The notes under the pieces: generated by a model
Told to the model about the DNA's origin: nothing
The model's database searches: none
Seen by the model: the letters and a program-made list of their open reading frames with translations, nothing else
Translations under genes and position numbers: made by a program
Shown: positions 1 to 12,663 of the stretch, one piece after another
Layout of the letters: every line of letters begins with the position of its first letter
Numbering within the stretch: position 1 is the stretch's first letter
Assembly (NCBI GenBank): GCA_002189035.1
Contig: CM007990.1
Location: forward strand, 1,364,001-1,428,000
Source: Utricularia gibba
Taxonomy: Eukaryota > Plantae > Magnoliophyta
Length of the DNA stretch: 64,000 nucleotides
Reading direction: 5' to 3'

Positions 1-3000
1 TTCAGAACAACCATAATGCGAGGAGCTGTCCTATTCAGCTCCTCTCTTATATGGGACTCCAGGAGCTCTATCTGCACCAGACTAGAGTCACTGCAACACA
101 AAGGCTTAGAAGTCAGATGTTTGAAAAGAAACCCTCAAAATGGAACAAAAATATAAGAAATAGGACCTTCTAGAAATGCCAATTCCGCGAACAAATGAAT
201 TTATGGAAGAAGCAGTTACACCTCTGCGCCGTAATCCAGCAAGTGTCATCAAACGAGGGTCATCCCAGCCGTCAACATACTTTTCCGTGACTAGGCGGTT
301 TAACTGCAGTATCCACGAGTAAATAATGGTTACTTTCAGAGGAAGAATCTACATGAAGTTGAAATACTAATCATTATAATTCTGACTATATGATTCACCT
401 TACGCTTGGACATCACTGTATTGGTGATATTCAGTCGAGCATATTCCCATACGAAAGGCTCATAAAGACCCAGAGCATCTAATAACCAGTAGTATGATGC
501 TCGCCGGGTCTCAAATTCTAATGTGCAAAGCTGCCAGAAGAAGTTTAATTGAAAAAAAAAAAAGATCTAAAGGAACTCATCAGTTCCTAGGAAGATGAAA
601 TTTGAGAGAGCTGCATGTAATCCCAAAACGTGCATACCGAATGAGTTATGTCTTCAAGGGAATCAACTATACAATGTGCATAATCATAGCTTGGATAGAT
701 ACACCATTTGTCTCCAGCGTGTGGGTGAGGGACGAACTACACATGTAAAGCCAAAAAAATTAATATTCTAACGAGCTATTCAACTAACAACATGCTTCAG
801 TTAAAATGCACACCTTAATACGATAAGCAATCAGGTCATACATATTAAAATTATCACTCTGCATATCCTGCTTCATGCGCAGTGTTGCCTTGCCTTCCTC
901 AATCTTGCCCTGCTTCATCTCCTCAAACAAGTCTAGAGACTCTTTGATTGGTCTGTCTCGCCAGGGACTGTTCATCTTCTTGTCTCTGTACTCTTTTATC
1001 TCATCTGGTGTCTGCACGGGAGAAGCACATGATACCCAACAAAAAGATGCGAAGTTTTGCTTCAAGTCAAAAGAAAATATCTAAATAGCTGAGATACTTG
1101 ATTATGGCTATAACCAAGACATGCTTCCTAAAAGAAAATTAAATAAACAAAGCATATAGGAGGAAAATGAGATCGACATTTGGAAACACACCTGGTGATC
1201 AACATAAGCAAAACCTCTTCGTATAAGTTCTACGGCCAACTCATAAAGTTCTTGGAAATAGTCGCTGGTATAAGTTATCTAGAATTTGAAAAATATCAAA
1301 ACAGATTAAACATCATCGATGATGCTGAGTATATTAGCGGCTTCTCAATGAAATAACACCTTAAAGGGCTTCCATCCCATCCAGCTAACAATTTCTTCAA
1401 TATGATCAATGTACTCCTTTTTCTCGGCTTCTGGATTAGTATCGTCATACCTGAGGTGCTATTCATCAGTAACAATTTAATCAAAAGAATTATTTTTTCG
1501 TCAATTGAAAGAATGTGAGTGTCATCCAAAGCACAATAAAATTTTGTAAAAGGTTGCTTTAATGGAAACTCCATAGGAATTTTATGCAACTAAAAATTCT
1601 TACTATTCAAGTCTTTCAAGCCAAGGCATAAATCCTTATTTAGTACCTCAAATAGCAGGAACCATCTCTATCTTCAGCGAGTCCAAAATCGACAAACATG
1701 GCCTACAGGGCAAGGCTTTTTTCAGTTATTTTTTTAACAAACACCTCAGACATCAACTGAAATAACCTTGGCATGGCCTATGTGTAGATATCCATTTGGT
1801 TCAGGAGGGAAGCGAGTGAAAACTTTTCCTCCAGTGCGTCTCAAGTGTTTTTCAAGAACTTCCTTGGAATTACAAGCCCTGAGAACAGGGCGATCGCTGA
1901 AGTGAATCTCTGTATGAACCTGCCAACCAAAAAGGCAAGTTCAGAGAGTTGCATGACATTTACAAGATGGAGAAAAGGAAAAAGAAAATGCAAGCGTGAC
2001 TGCAGGATGACATTACACGACCTTCGAGAAGACATGAACACTCACAATTTACAAGATTTCTGAAAAGAAGGTCCAGATGAAAAAAAAAAAAAACAGGTAC
2101 CACAACATTGGATTTTTCAAATACCTTAAAGTTATCTTCTGGAGAAGGAAACGCTGACAATGAAAATGGATTCATTTCCTCTTTCGATAATTTGGGCTCT
2201 TCATTAATAACCTTTTCCTGTAAGAGAAAATAAAAAAATAAATGAGCACCAGCCATCCATAATAATTTGGAACATTTTTTGGAGCTTTGATGACAAGAGT
2301 TGTAGGGATTTGTCAACAAGTGAATGCAAAAAATTATACCAGCAAAATATTACAAGACCTCTAGCAAAAAAATGTTCTTTAGTGAAATAAATTTCACATT
2401 TTACAAACCTCTGCTTGACAGCCTTCTCTTTTTTCTTTTTAGTAGGATCCTTGTTATCAGAATCTGTCTTTTCGCCAAGTAATTTGAACAACCTTGCATC
2501 AATGGTTTGCTGAAGACATAAATAATACAAGCTCACAAATGACACAAAAAAGAATTAAATGATGCGAATGCACAGGTAAGAATGACAAAAAAACTCTGCC
2601 ACCTTTATAATTTTTGAATCCGCCCATGGATGCTTCTTTCTAACACAACTGACAAGTTTCCCCACTGCATAGCGGATGCAATCAGCAAAAGAATCATGTA
2701 TCGTAAAAGGAGAAAAATCAGGGCTTCACATCATATTGATCGCTAGAATCTAGACCATGAGATATTCAATACTCAATGAATGAAATTCAGAGTAAAACCA
2801 CGCATCTATAAGCCTGGCATCCATCTTACTACAAGTAAATTGTAAACCCACCATTTGTCCGGTACCGCTCTTCAATGATAGTTGTTCTGTTCTCCTCAAA
2901 TACCTCGTCAACAGCATTCACAATGTCCTCCACAGTGACCTCTATTCCTGTTTTAATTCCAAAACATTACCGATCAGAAATATTCTCACATAAATAAAAA

Positions 3001-3898
3001 TTTAAAAAATACAGAGCAGATACAACTTGATGGAGTTTCATACCAACACCACATGCAACTTCAAAATCATCAACACGCAATTCATCAGATGCAGCAGCTT
3101 CAAGAAACAAAAAGGCGGCCTCCAGTTGTGCAGGAGTCTTAATCTGTGCTTAAAACCATTTTAAGAAGGATGCATAGGAAGTACTATCATTTGATAAACA
3201 AGGAATGATAATATCCAACCTTGGAAGAAACAATATATTTCAACAAGGTAGGCCGATGAACCAAAGCATTAGCAGGAAACTTTGTTGCGACCTGTCAAGA
3301 ATTAAAAAAAAAATCATGCCTCCGCTCGCCGTTCACAAAAGAAAACCCAGACAGCATCAACTGAGATATTAGACGAATTTCAAATATAGTTGACCCTAAC
3401 ATGATTGTGAAATGAGTATATTGGAACAAAAAATACATTCAAAATCTCATGTTACTACATCCATAAGACCATTCAATGGGGCATTAGAAAAAAAATATGA
3501 TGCATGCCACTGAAGAACCAAACAGACATCCTATTTGGTGCAACCCAGAAAAATAATTCTCCTAGGCTTTGAAAAGATAAATACTTGGTGATTCCAAACC
3601 ACCAACTTACAGTATACAGAAGGTTCCCAACAGTTCGATCGCATCCGTCAGCCACACCTGCCTGATATACAACAGGGGAACTTTCTTTCATTCATTTCCG
3701 ACAAATCTCAATAACCCTGAAAACTACCCAAGTAAACATTACTAAAAACAATACCTCGTGAATAACGGCGATCAAATTAGCGGTGACCTTATTGTTCGCA
3801 ACAGTGTTCTTCGCGGTTGTTTCTTCCAAACCAATCTTCCGAAACAAATCAACCACGTTTTCGGTGCCACCTCCCTCACTCTGGGTTTTCCCAACCAT
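1..3898 (-). CDS. GlnRS: Glutaminyl-tRNA synthetase, multi-exon; runs off the window start (3' part missing)
   Basis: ATG at 3898 ([39 protein letters not shown]). Downstream exons encode [15 protein letters not shown] (class I HIGH motif, ~1770-1820), [44 protein letters not shown] and [16 protein letters not shown] at the window edge. GT-AG boundaries. Confidence 0.95.
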
Positions 3899-3969
3899 TT
3901 TTCTCGCTTCAGAGCAATTGAAATGATATCTTGGTTCCTAAGAATATACAATACAGCTCCGCGTGAATG

Positions 3970-4001
3970 TGGGCCGCGTGGAGAGCTGCTCTGAAACCCT
4001 A
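3970..4001. promoter_or_regulatory. Site II (TGGGCC) plus telo-box-like (AAACCCTA) elements upstream of GlnRS
   Basis: TGGGCC at 3970-3975 and AAACCCTA at 3994-4001, 70-100 bp upstream of the ATG. This pairing is typical of plant translation-related genes. Confidence 0.45.
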
Positions 4002-4194
4002 CCGTCGGAGAAGTGACCGCTGCTAGTAGTTATATCGTTATAAATATATTCATTTTATTTGTGGACAGCTTAAAATAAACAAATATATTAATGGCATGAT
4101 TGCCTTATACCACGGCCTTGTATGAATCAAATCTGGTGGCTGTAAACAGGAAGCGAGTGGTGATCTTATCACAGATTAGTTATCAAATAAACGA

Positions 4195-4599
4195 GAAAAT
4201 TACAAAAATAACACCTTAAGTTTCAATCAATATAAAGAGTCTAAACTTCATGTTTCAAAATTGTAAAAAAGATAGCTCAAGTTATTAAAATCATTTAACG
4301 AAAATTCAAATAATTTTCAATTTTTTAAAAAAATGAATCAAACATGAGAGATTAAGTATACAACGAATATCCAAAAATGAAAAGTTAAAAATTAGAGGTT
4401 AAATATATATATAAAAAAAGATCAAAACAATTGTTAAAACCATTCAACTAAGATCAAAACATGAGGGGTTAAATATACAATTTTATAAGTTGGAATGCAA
4501 ATTATTTACAAATAATGTAAGTTAAAGGGTCATAATTTTGAAAATTGAAGTTTAAACTCTTTATATTGAGTGTAATTTAACGTGTCATCGATAAATTTC
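4195..4599. mobile_element. Degenerate Mutator-like foldback element / MITE
   Basis: The left arm caatataaagagtctaaacttcatgtttcaaaattgt matches the reverse complement of the right arm (caatataaagagtttaaacttcaattttcaaaattat) within a ~75-bp imperfect inverted repeat. No clean TSD found. Confidence 0.5.
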
Positions 4600-5558
4600 A
4601 AACTTAAATAAAAAATAAAATTATAAGAATTAAATATTTAAAACAGATAACATATTCTAATGAAAGTATGAACCGTTTTTCCATAACTAACAATATACCA
4701 TTTTATTATTTTTCCAAATGTATTATATTTTCCATGCAAATATGATTTAAATAAAAATATAATATTTCAAATAGCCTTAAATATCATCTTATATGTTGTA
4801 TTCTATATTTTTTTTCAACAACAACAATCTATATATTTAAAATTAAAAAACATTGAACTATTTAAGTAAATTGAATATTTATTATCAAAATTACTATAGA
4901 ATATATAGTTTCTGAAATACAATTGATTATAGATAATAGATAATAACAATAGATAATAATATATTTAATAATTTGAAATTATATGAATAGATAGTTTTTG
5001 TATTTAATATTTTAAATAATTATATAAATATATATTATTCAAATTTTATTCTTAAGTTAAATATTGTTATCTTCAAAAAATATATATACAAAAAATTATC
5101 TTCAAAAAATATATAAAAAAATATGCTACTATTGAATACTTGATTCCGTACATTTATTTTTTCTTGTACAATATAGGTACAATATCACGTCATAAATGTA
5201 TACATGATCTCATCATAATGTCGCCATTTAAATTCTATTTAATTTTTTAATTATGCCTCTAAAAAAAGGAGAATGAAGGCCCTATATCTCCCCATGAGGA
5301 TTGAGGGATCACTCTATGCGAATTATTTTTGTTGAAATTAATGAATATAAAAAATAAAAATTGAAAATTTTAAATGGATAATATCGTACCATCGTTGATT
5401 GATGTTTAAATATTAATTAATAATAATATATAACACGTGCTCTTAAATGGAAAGAGTTTATTAAGGTAAATTCTATTGATAATTGTTTGTAATGACAATG
5501 GACAGACCGTGCTTAACAGGCAAATGAGTCACCTTTTAAACATGGGAATGGGGCATCG

Positions 5559-6404
5559 TCATTTTCTTTTGGTTTTGGCGTTTCTTCTGTTTGATCTTGG
5601 AGTTGCAGCAGTGCCAAGGACTTTGTACATGTCTGCTGTGATTTCCTTCAGCCACAGCCCAGGGAACAGTTCCTGAAACAGAATCCCAGGATGGAATACG
5701 TCGGTGTAAGAGTATTGATCGGAGAAGAAGCGCGATTTGGGAGTTCGGGGGTGGGGGGCTTACATTCAAGTGTCTCTGGACGATTTGGGGTCTTTTCTTA
5801 GGCCGGCGCGGCGGCCGGCGACCGAGGATATGGAGGAAGTCGTCTTCGATTTCTCTTTTCGATAGCGGGATTGAGAATCTCACCCGTTTCCTATCCTCCG
5901 CCGCGCGATGCAATTGTTCGGATGGGCGGCGATTGTGGATTGTTCCCAACGCCGGCTTGGAGGAGGACTGCATCTGGGGGATTCCGGAGGGAGGAACGAC
6001 GAATTTATCATGAATCCCTTGCCACCGACAAGTCTACCGGCAACCACCGACGCAGCACGCCTCTTCCTCAGGTTCCGCGACGGAGGCATAAAAGATGGAT
6101 TTAGACCTCCCTTCCAAATCGCGTCCCTCATTTTCTCCGCTGCAATCTGCAGATCGTGAATCACTTTCATTCTCATCGCCTCAATCCCGTTCTGGTCCTC
6201 ATCGCCTATTTCAATCGCCGCGCTTGGGCCGAATTCCGGCGATCCAACCAGGACGCAGTCCGAATCCAACTTCCAGCGTTGTCCCGACATATGTTCGGAA
6301 AAGCCATGACCCCCCCTCCTCCGGTGACGATGACTCCCCCAGCCCACGTCACACGGCGGCGTAAAATTGCGCAACTCTTTCCATCTTTGCTCTTCCATAC
6401 TCAT
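5559..6404 (-). CDS. DUF1639 family protein; 2 exons (6404-5764, 5672-5559), one apparent -1 frame break near 5975
   Basis: N-terminal LRNFTPPCDVGWG and SRNLRKRRAA motifs lie in one frame. The domain core RVRFSIPLSKREIEDDFLHILGRRPPRRPKKRPQIVQRHLN lies in another. A 91-nt intron precedes ELFPGLWLKEITADMYKV...*. Confidence 0.85.
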
Positions 6405-7712
6405 CTACCCCCTGCAATTGAAAAATCCTCAATCGGATTCTCCAGATTCCGGCGAATATGATAAAAAAACGAAGACGGCGGAGCAGTTCTACTTCCACTG
6501 TGCGTCGTCGTCCCCTTGAAACGCCGGGTCTGTTGCTCTTTATTGGCGAGATGAACCGCGGGTTGTTCGCAGAAACAACCGTATGCACCAAATACATCAA
6601 AATGCTCTTTCTTCTACAAATATACGAAAAAGTATTCACTTTTTAATTTTTTTTAAAGGACTTCGTATTTTGTATAAATTTTTTTTTTATTTTTGAATAA
6701 AAAAAGAGAATTTTAAATGTTTTTAGTAACAATTAAATTGAATCATAAAAATAATGATGATTTCAGGATTTTTAAATCGCAATTTTTAATTATTTTATTA
6801 ACTTAAAGTATATCCACAATTTTAATAAAAAAATACGAATTTTGATATAGCATATAAAATTTTAAAAAATTGAAAAAGACGAGTATTTTTTTAATTACTT
6901 GTAATAGCGAATATTTTTGTAATATGTGTAATACAAAAATTAGTCCATAAAGAAAAAATTACGTAGTTAATCATATGTTATTGATTTTCAAAAAATAATT
7001 GTTAATTTCCATAATTTGAAAATCATATATAATTGATTTTAAAATCGAACAAAATCAGTCCATATTGTTTTCCGCTACAAAAAAAAATTAATTTCAGTTA
7101 TAAATTTCTAATTTTTTTTCTCAATTTCATATCTTCCCATCATACACTCGAATGAGTATTTAGAAAATTAACCACTGTTACATTTTATCTTATACATTTG
7201 AATAAAAAAATACATATAGAATGATCACTTTTTTCGCACAATATTTCATAAATTTTTAACCATGCCTTCACATACATACATTTCATCGAGCCTGCAGGAA
7301 ATGGCGTGACAGACGATGGGCGGCCAGCGATCGACCGTACACGGTGTCAAAGCACAAATTTTACTAAATAGTGAAAACAATGAGATGTTAATTATATTTG
7401 ATTTTTAAATAATGAAGATCAATTAATTTTATATTAAAAAATAAAAACTAAAAATAGACAAAATGAAAAAAACATTAAAATCTAATTTTAATCAATACAT
7501 CAAATTTTGTGAATTAAGTAAGTTAATTGAGATTAAATGTCATTTAAACTAAATATTAAAAACTAATATTTTATACATAATTCAGAATAATATATATATT
7601 TTTATTTATGGATGCAATATAAGCATCTCTTCTTTACTGCAAACACTCCTTGAAAACGACGCATAATAACTCCTTCAGTAGTGGTAGCCTGTCGATCTTC
7701 CATGGATTCATC

Positions 7713-8854
7713 TCAAAGATCACTGTTGTGAGTACGAGGACGGCGGGTGCCATCCGATCCACCGGGGCCGGATGGTGCAATGCCGGAGTCTGTCCGGCGT
7801 GGCCGGAAGCGGGGTTCTGAGGCAAACCCAACAGACAGGATCATCATATGCGATTCTTGTAAAAATTGAGGGATGGATGCACGACTCACGAGTAGCGAGA
7901 ATGGCACCTCGAGTGTTCCTTGGGTTGCTGCAAAGGAAGGGTTTAGCCAAGCCTGATGAGGAATCTCATTGAATCCAAGTCTTGTTTTTTGAATCCAAAG
8001 CCACATAACTTGTGTCTCAGCTTGGAGACATCTGATGCGCTTGATCGCTTGGTCCAGAATCGCAGCTTGATCCCACTAAAACAATGGTTCTTAGAGCTTG
8101 TTGGAGCTCCGGAGTGGTGATAATCATGGTGAGGTTGATGATTATACCTTGGAGTTGCTTGTGCTCGGTAACAGCTCCCGGAGGCTTCTCAGTTTCTCCC
8201 TCACTGTATCCCTTCTCTTCTGCTGAAAAACAGCTATGGTCATTTATCATGATTATGGGGTAAACGTTGTAGAAGTTACTGGAACTGTTTCACCCTGTCG
8301 CGTAACAACTGAAGCCTTTTCTTCCGCCGGAGCTTCTTCTGCCGGTCCTGGATAACAGGGACCGTTGCTGTTAAGGAATTTACTGGGTTTCTTTAAGGGA
8401 TTACAGGCTCACCAGATCTGCGCCCTGAGACCAAATCTGAGTTTCCCCTGGCGGTAAAGGAAGGCTGCGAGTTTGATCAGCATTCAAGGGATCTTCAGGG
8501 GATTTACCGGTGACCGCCGCCTTATCTGCCATGCTCCACGTCTCCGGAAACGGCAGCAGCTGTGGGAGTTCGATCAGTGTTCAGGGGAATCTCAGGGTGG
8601 TGATCGAAGATTCCCGCCATGCCCACCGAAATCTGTGTTTCCGGCAACGGCAAAGAAAAGGTGCGAACTTGATCAGTCTGCAGGGGAATCTCAGAGGTTT
8701 TATCGCCGACCACCGCTGCATCCACCGGAGTCCAAGTTTCCGTTGAGGAAACTCCGCGAGCTTCATTCCCTTCAGGGAGACTCAGAGGGTTCAACAACGA
8801 ACGCCGCTGTATCCACAGGAGCATGTCAGAGCTCCAGTTTTTGGCTGCCGCCAT
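7713..8854 (-). CDS. Atypical PIF/HFR1-like bHLH protein with N-terminal tandem repeats; frame breaks present, exon structure partly uncertain
   Basis: Spliced exons give QKRRDTVREKLRSLRELLPSTSNSK | WDQAAILDQAIKRIRCLQAETQVMWL, matching the PIF-type HLH pattern ([42 protein letters not shown]). The 3' end could be 7634 or 7713. Confidence 0.65.
8420..8830 (-). repeat. Four degenerate ~99-nt (33-codon) tandem repeats in the 5' coding part of the bHLH gene
   Basis: The anchor GATCAG recurs at 8475, 8572 and 8671 (spacings 97 and 99), each followed by a CA(A/G)GGGA..TCAG-like motif. A fourth, more diverged copy lies near 8770-8830. Confidence 0.75.
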
Positions 8855-11451
8855 TTTATTTCTTCTTTAACAGGAATGCGTCCGTCGGATACCTAAAATG
8901 GAATTCTCTTTAAGTCCAATTTTAGCGGATGATAAGCCGTACACCTAATTCAAAACTTTTTTTTAATTAAAAATATATTTCATTAAAGTAGTTGATGTAA
9001 TTAATAATATATTTAAATTATTTAAAAGTATTTTTTTAGTAAATTGATTTTACAAATAGGTATTTAAAATGATATTGTATCTAATAGATATAATTAAATA
9101 GATGAAAAAAAAAATCTAACCTAGCTCACATAATTATAATAACTCATATAACATGATAGTTTTAAAAAATATTTTAAAATAAATATTAATGTGTTTTACA
9201 AATTGAATTTATATTATAAAATAATTTTTATAATATAGTAACCATTTTGTAATATATCCCACATTCTACGAGGGATCTCCTTTCTCGCGTAGTGTGGCGG
9301 TGGAGTGGTCCGGCCACCGGCCACCGTCCGTCGGAGAAGCATCTCTGAAACTGCACTTTGTTCGTGGCTGCCAACGTGACTCCCAATAGTGTTCCGATTT
9401 TACTGAAATTATTTGGATGATATTATATTTATTATATTAATTTAATATTTGTAAGTTCCCAAAATGAAAATCGAAACCAGCATGTACTATAGAACCTAGT
9501 TTCGAGAAGGGTGGATTCCGATACTAGCAATCTTTTGCGTTAAATATATATTATCCATATTTATTACATAAAAATATTTCCAATTAATAATGTTGTCATG
9601 GAAATCCCGGTAAATTACAAAAGTGGTTATGTATAGAAATAAAAATATTTAAATATCTGAGAGATAAAATGATAATGATCATTTTTGTAAATGATATACT
9701 GGTCAAAGTGTACTCCAAAAGCTATTCTAGTAGGGTAATTTTCAAATGGGGTTAGAAAATTCATCATCCTATACCATTGGAATGAAATAAAAAGCATATT
9801 ATGGCAACCTTTGGAAAAATCAATCCATAATTAATTTTAACAAAATTAAAAATTCTAATAAAATAAAATTGATATATGTTTGAAATTTTTTTATAAAAAT
9901 TATTATAATAAAATTAATTAATATTTGAAATAAAAATAATAATAATAAGTGATCTTTATAAATAATTTACATATTTACTAATAAACATACTTTATAAATT
10001 TATTTAAACAAAACATATTATATAATATTAATATTTATCAAACTCTTAACTAATATTATTAAATTAGTATTTATTTTAAAATGATATTAATTATAATTCT
10101 GTAGATATAATAGTAAATTCAATTGTTAACATCGAATCGTAAAAAACAATTATGTATGCAAAACTACACATCCATATTTTTCAGAAAATTGAATTGATTT
10201 TTAAAAAGTAATTCTGATAGCAGAGAATCAGGTATATATTTATAAGACATTAATTCTACGACAATACAATTAAATTTTGTATTATAATTTGATGGGGGTG
10301 GAGGCGTGTCGTGAGGGGCGGACACGGAACCGAGGATAAGGATAGGGTGCCTGGGAAACAGAGGAACGTATCCCGGTAACGTCGTTGCCCCTTCAAGCCG
10401 CGTCCTCAAAACGGGATTTTTTAAGTAGTTGTTCTAGAGCACATCAATGCATATCAATAGCTATAAATATATTATCCACATTAGCCAACACACTTCCTAC
10501 TTCTAAAAAATAATTTTATTACTAAACACATGTTGTAAAATAAACATAAATTTAAAAACGTTTCTAATTTTGAATAAATTATAGAGCTTCAATTTATATT
10601 TTATTAAAAATACTTTTTGAATATTATTTTTCAAAAAAATAGAATCCAACAAATGCTTTAGAAACATTCCTTATTTTTAATAAGTTACACATACAATTTT
10701 TTTATTATTAGAACCATTTCTTATAAAATTCTTTTTGATGGGTAAATGTTGAGTTTAATATTTAAAGAGTATTTTGAAAAAAAATTTAATGTAATTTTTA
10801 TTTTGGAAAATAAAAAGTAGAAGTAAATTGGAGTATGAAAAATATTTTTAGGAATCTAATGTCAAAAATAGAAATAAGAAATAAAATCGGTTATTTTTTT
10901 ATTTATAATTTTAACTCATTTTTAACTATATTTAAAAATTATTTTTGTTAAAAACAGAAATAGAAAATATTCTATGAAAATTATTTTTGATAAAAATGGC
11001 AATATAAATAGCATCTAAAAATTTTCAAGAACACAATTTTAATTCTCAAAAACTAATTATTTCATGTTTGGTTCTAATATTAAATATTACAATTCATGCT
11101 ATCATTGTACAATATTATACATTTGGATATTTAATTTGCATGATTTTACGTTTTTTTTTCATTTCGAATAAAATGGGCCATATAAGATTTGCATAGTAAA
11201 ACAAATAAGCATAGGTTTTGGAAGGGAGGAGACAGGGGATCATCCTCCTAAAAGGTATATCATTTTCTTTTTGTTTTTTGCATGTAAAATGTTGAACCCC
11301 AGGAAATAGGATAAGGATTCGGGATGCCACAATGGAACGTGTCCAGGTGTCGGTGTCCATTGCAGATGCCGTATCCCTAAAGTCCAGTCCACCTTCGCAG
11401 CACCTGCTACGTACATAATGTATTCTTTCCTTGTTCCCTTCAATTGCCTAA

Positions 11452-11832
11452 TGGTGCGTTTGATTCGTGGTATAAGTTATCCCAAGATAAAATTAAGTAG
11501 AATAGTAAGGTAGGATTAGATAGAATGTATTTTGATGTTATTGATTTGTGTTGTAATAATTAAAATATGATAGTTGTTTGTATAGTTAAAATAACGAAAA
11601 TATCTTTATTTTTCTAAATTGGGTTTTATACAAAAAAAAAACAAAGTTCATTTATGTTATTGTTGTATGTTATTAAAAAAAAACACCCAATAACCCTGGA
11701 TTATTTTATTTTATTTTCGTGAGATAAAAAATTTATATAGTAAGATATAATTAATTCCTTATTCGTAATCAAATACCGTATAATGATATATTATTTAATT
11801 ATCCCTTCATATTCCACGAATCAAACGCACCC
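11452..11832. mobile_element. Tourist-like (PIF/Harbinger) MITE, 381 bp
   Basis: TIRs (T)GGTGCGTTTGATTCGTGG at 11452 and CCACGAATCAAACGCACC(C) ending at 11832. TAA flanks both ends (11449-11451 and 11833-11835). The interior is AT-rich and non-coding. Confidence 0.9.
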
Positions 11833-12663
11833 TAAGTATATTAGATTTATGACAGAAATAATTTACTCAAAAAAATATAAGCAGTATTTAAAAAAAATTT
11901 TACACCTATTTTTATTTTTTAAAAAACAGAAATAATAAGTAAAAGTAATTTATTCTTTAATTTTATAAAAGTAATTTTTATAGTATAATTTCAAAAATAT
12001 TTTTGATATAATTTTTTTTATAACTATTAGTGTTCTAAAAATAAAAACTATTATTTTTATTTTTAAAAAATAAAAATCGATTTCAAAAATTTTTCAAAAT
12101 ACTACCATAGTTAATATTTTGATAAGTGAAGACTTTCACATAGGTAAAATGTCATATGTGATCACTATATGCTTTTAAGTACAATGTTTTATATTCTCAA
12201 TAGTTGCATCAAGATATCTTGATCGTAATACAACCTCATCATTACAAGTTCTTGATATCACGTGACTTTTGTATTAAAAAAATTTTTACACAACTATTTA
12301 GGTGATTTATTTTACAACTACTTTAAGTATCTTCATTAAGTGATTTAAAATCCTACATCCGTCTTGCAAACAATTTCTCAATCGTGTATATGTTATATCA
12401 TCAATTCCTTTTTTGAAGCAATGTTTTAAATTTTGCTGAAATTTTTCAGAAATTTGGATTTCAGATTTTTTTTCAAACAATTCTCAAACTTTAGATTTGT
12501 TTAGTGTTAAGAATTTTTTTTGAAGTATTATGTTTAATTTTTTAAAATTCTATATTTAATCATTATATAGTAAAATAAAAATTCATATTTTATGATTAAT
12601 TTTAAAAATTATTGAATCTTTTAAATCTATGTTTGTGATTAAATAAAATAGTCATTAGAAAAA

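Noticed and set aside
6610-7100. Weak inverted similarity suggesting a foldback element
   Set aside because: Matches are mostly A/T runs, and neither termini nor a TSD could be defined.
12120-12400. Possible transposase-like remnant
   Set aside because: Multiple stops and no recognisable catalytic motif.
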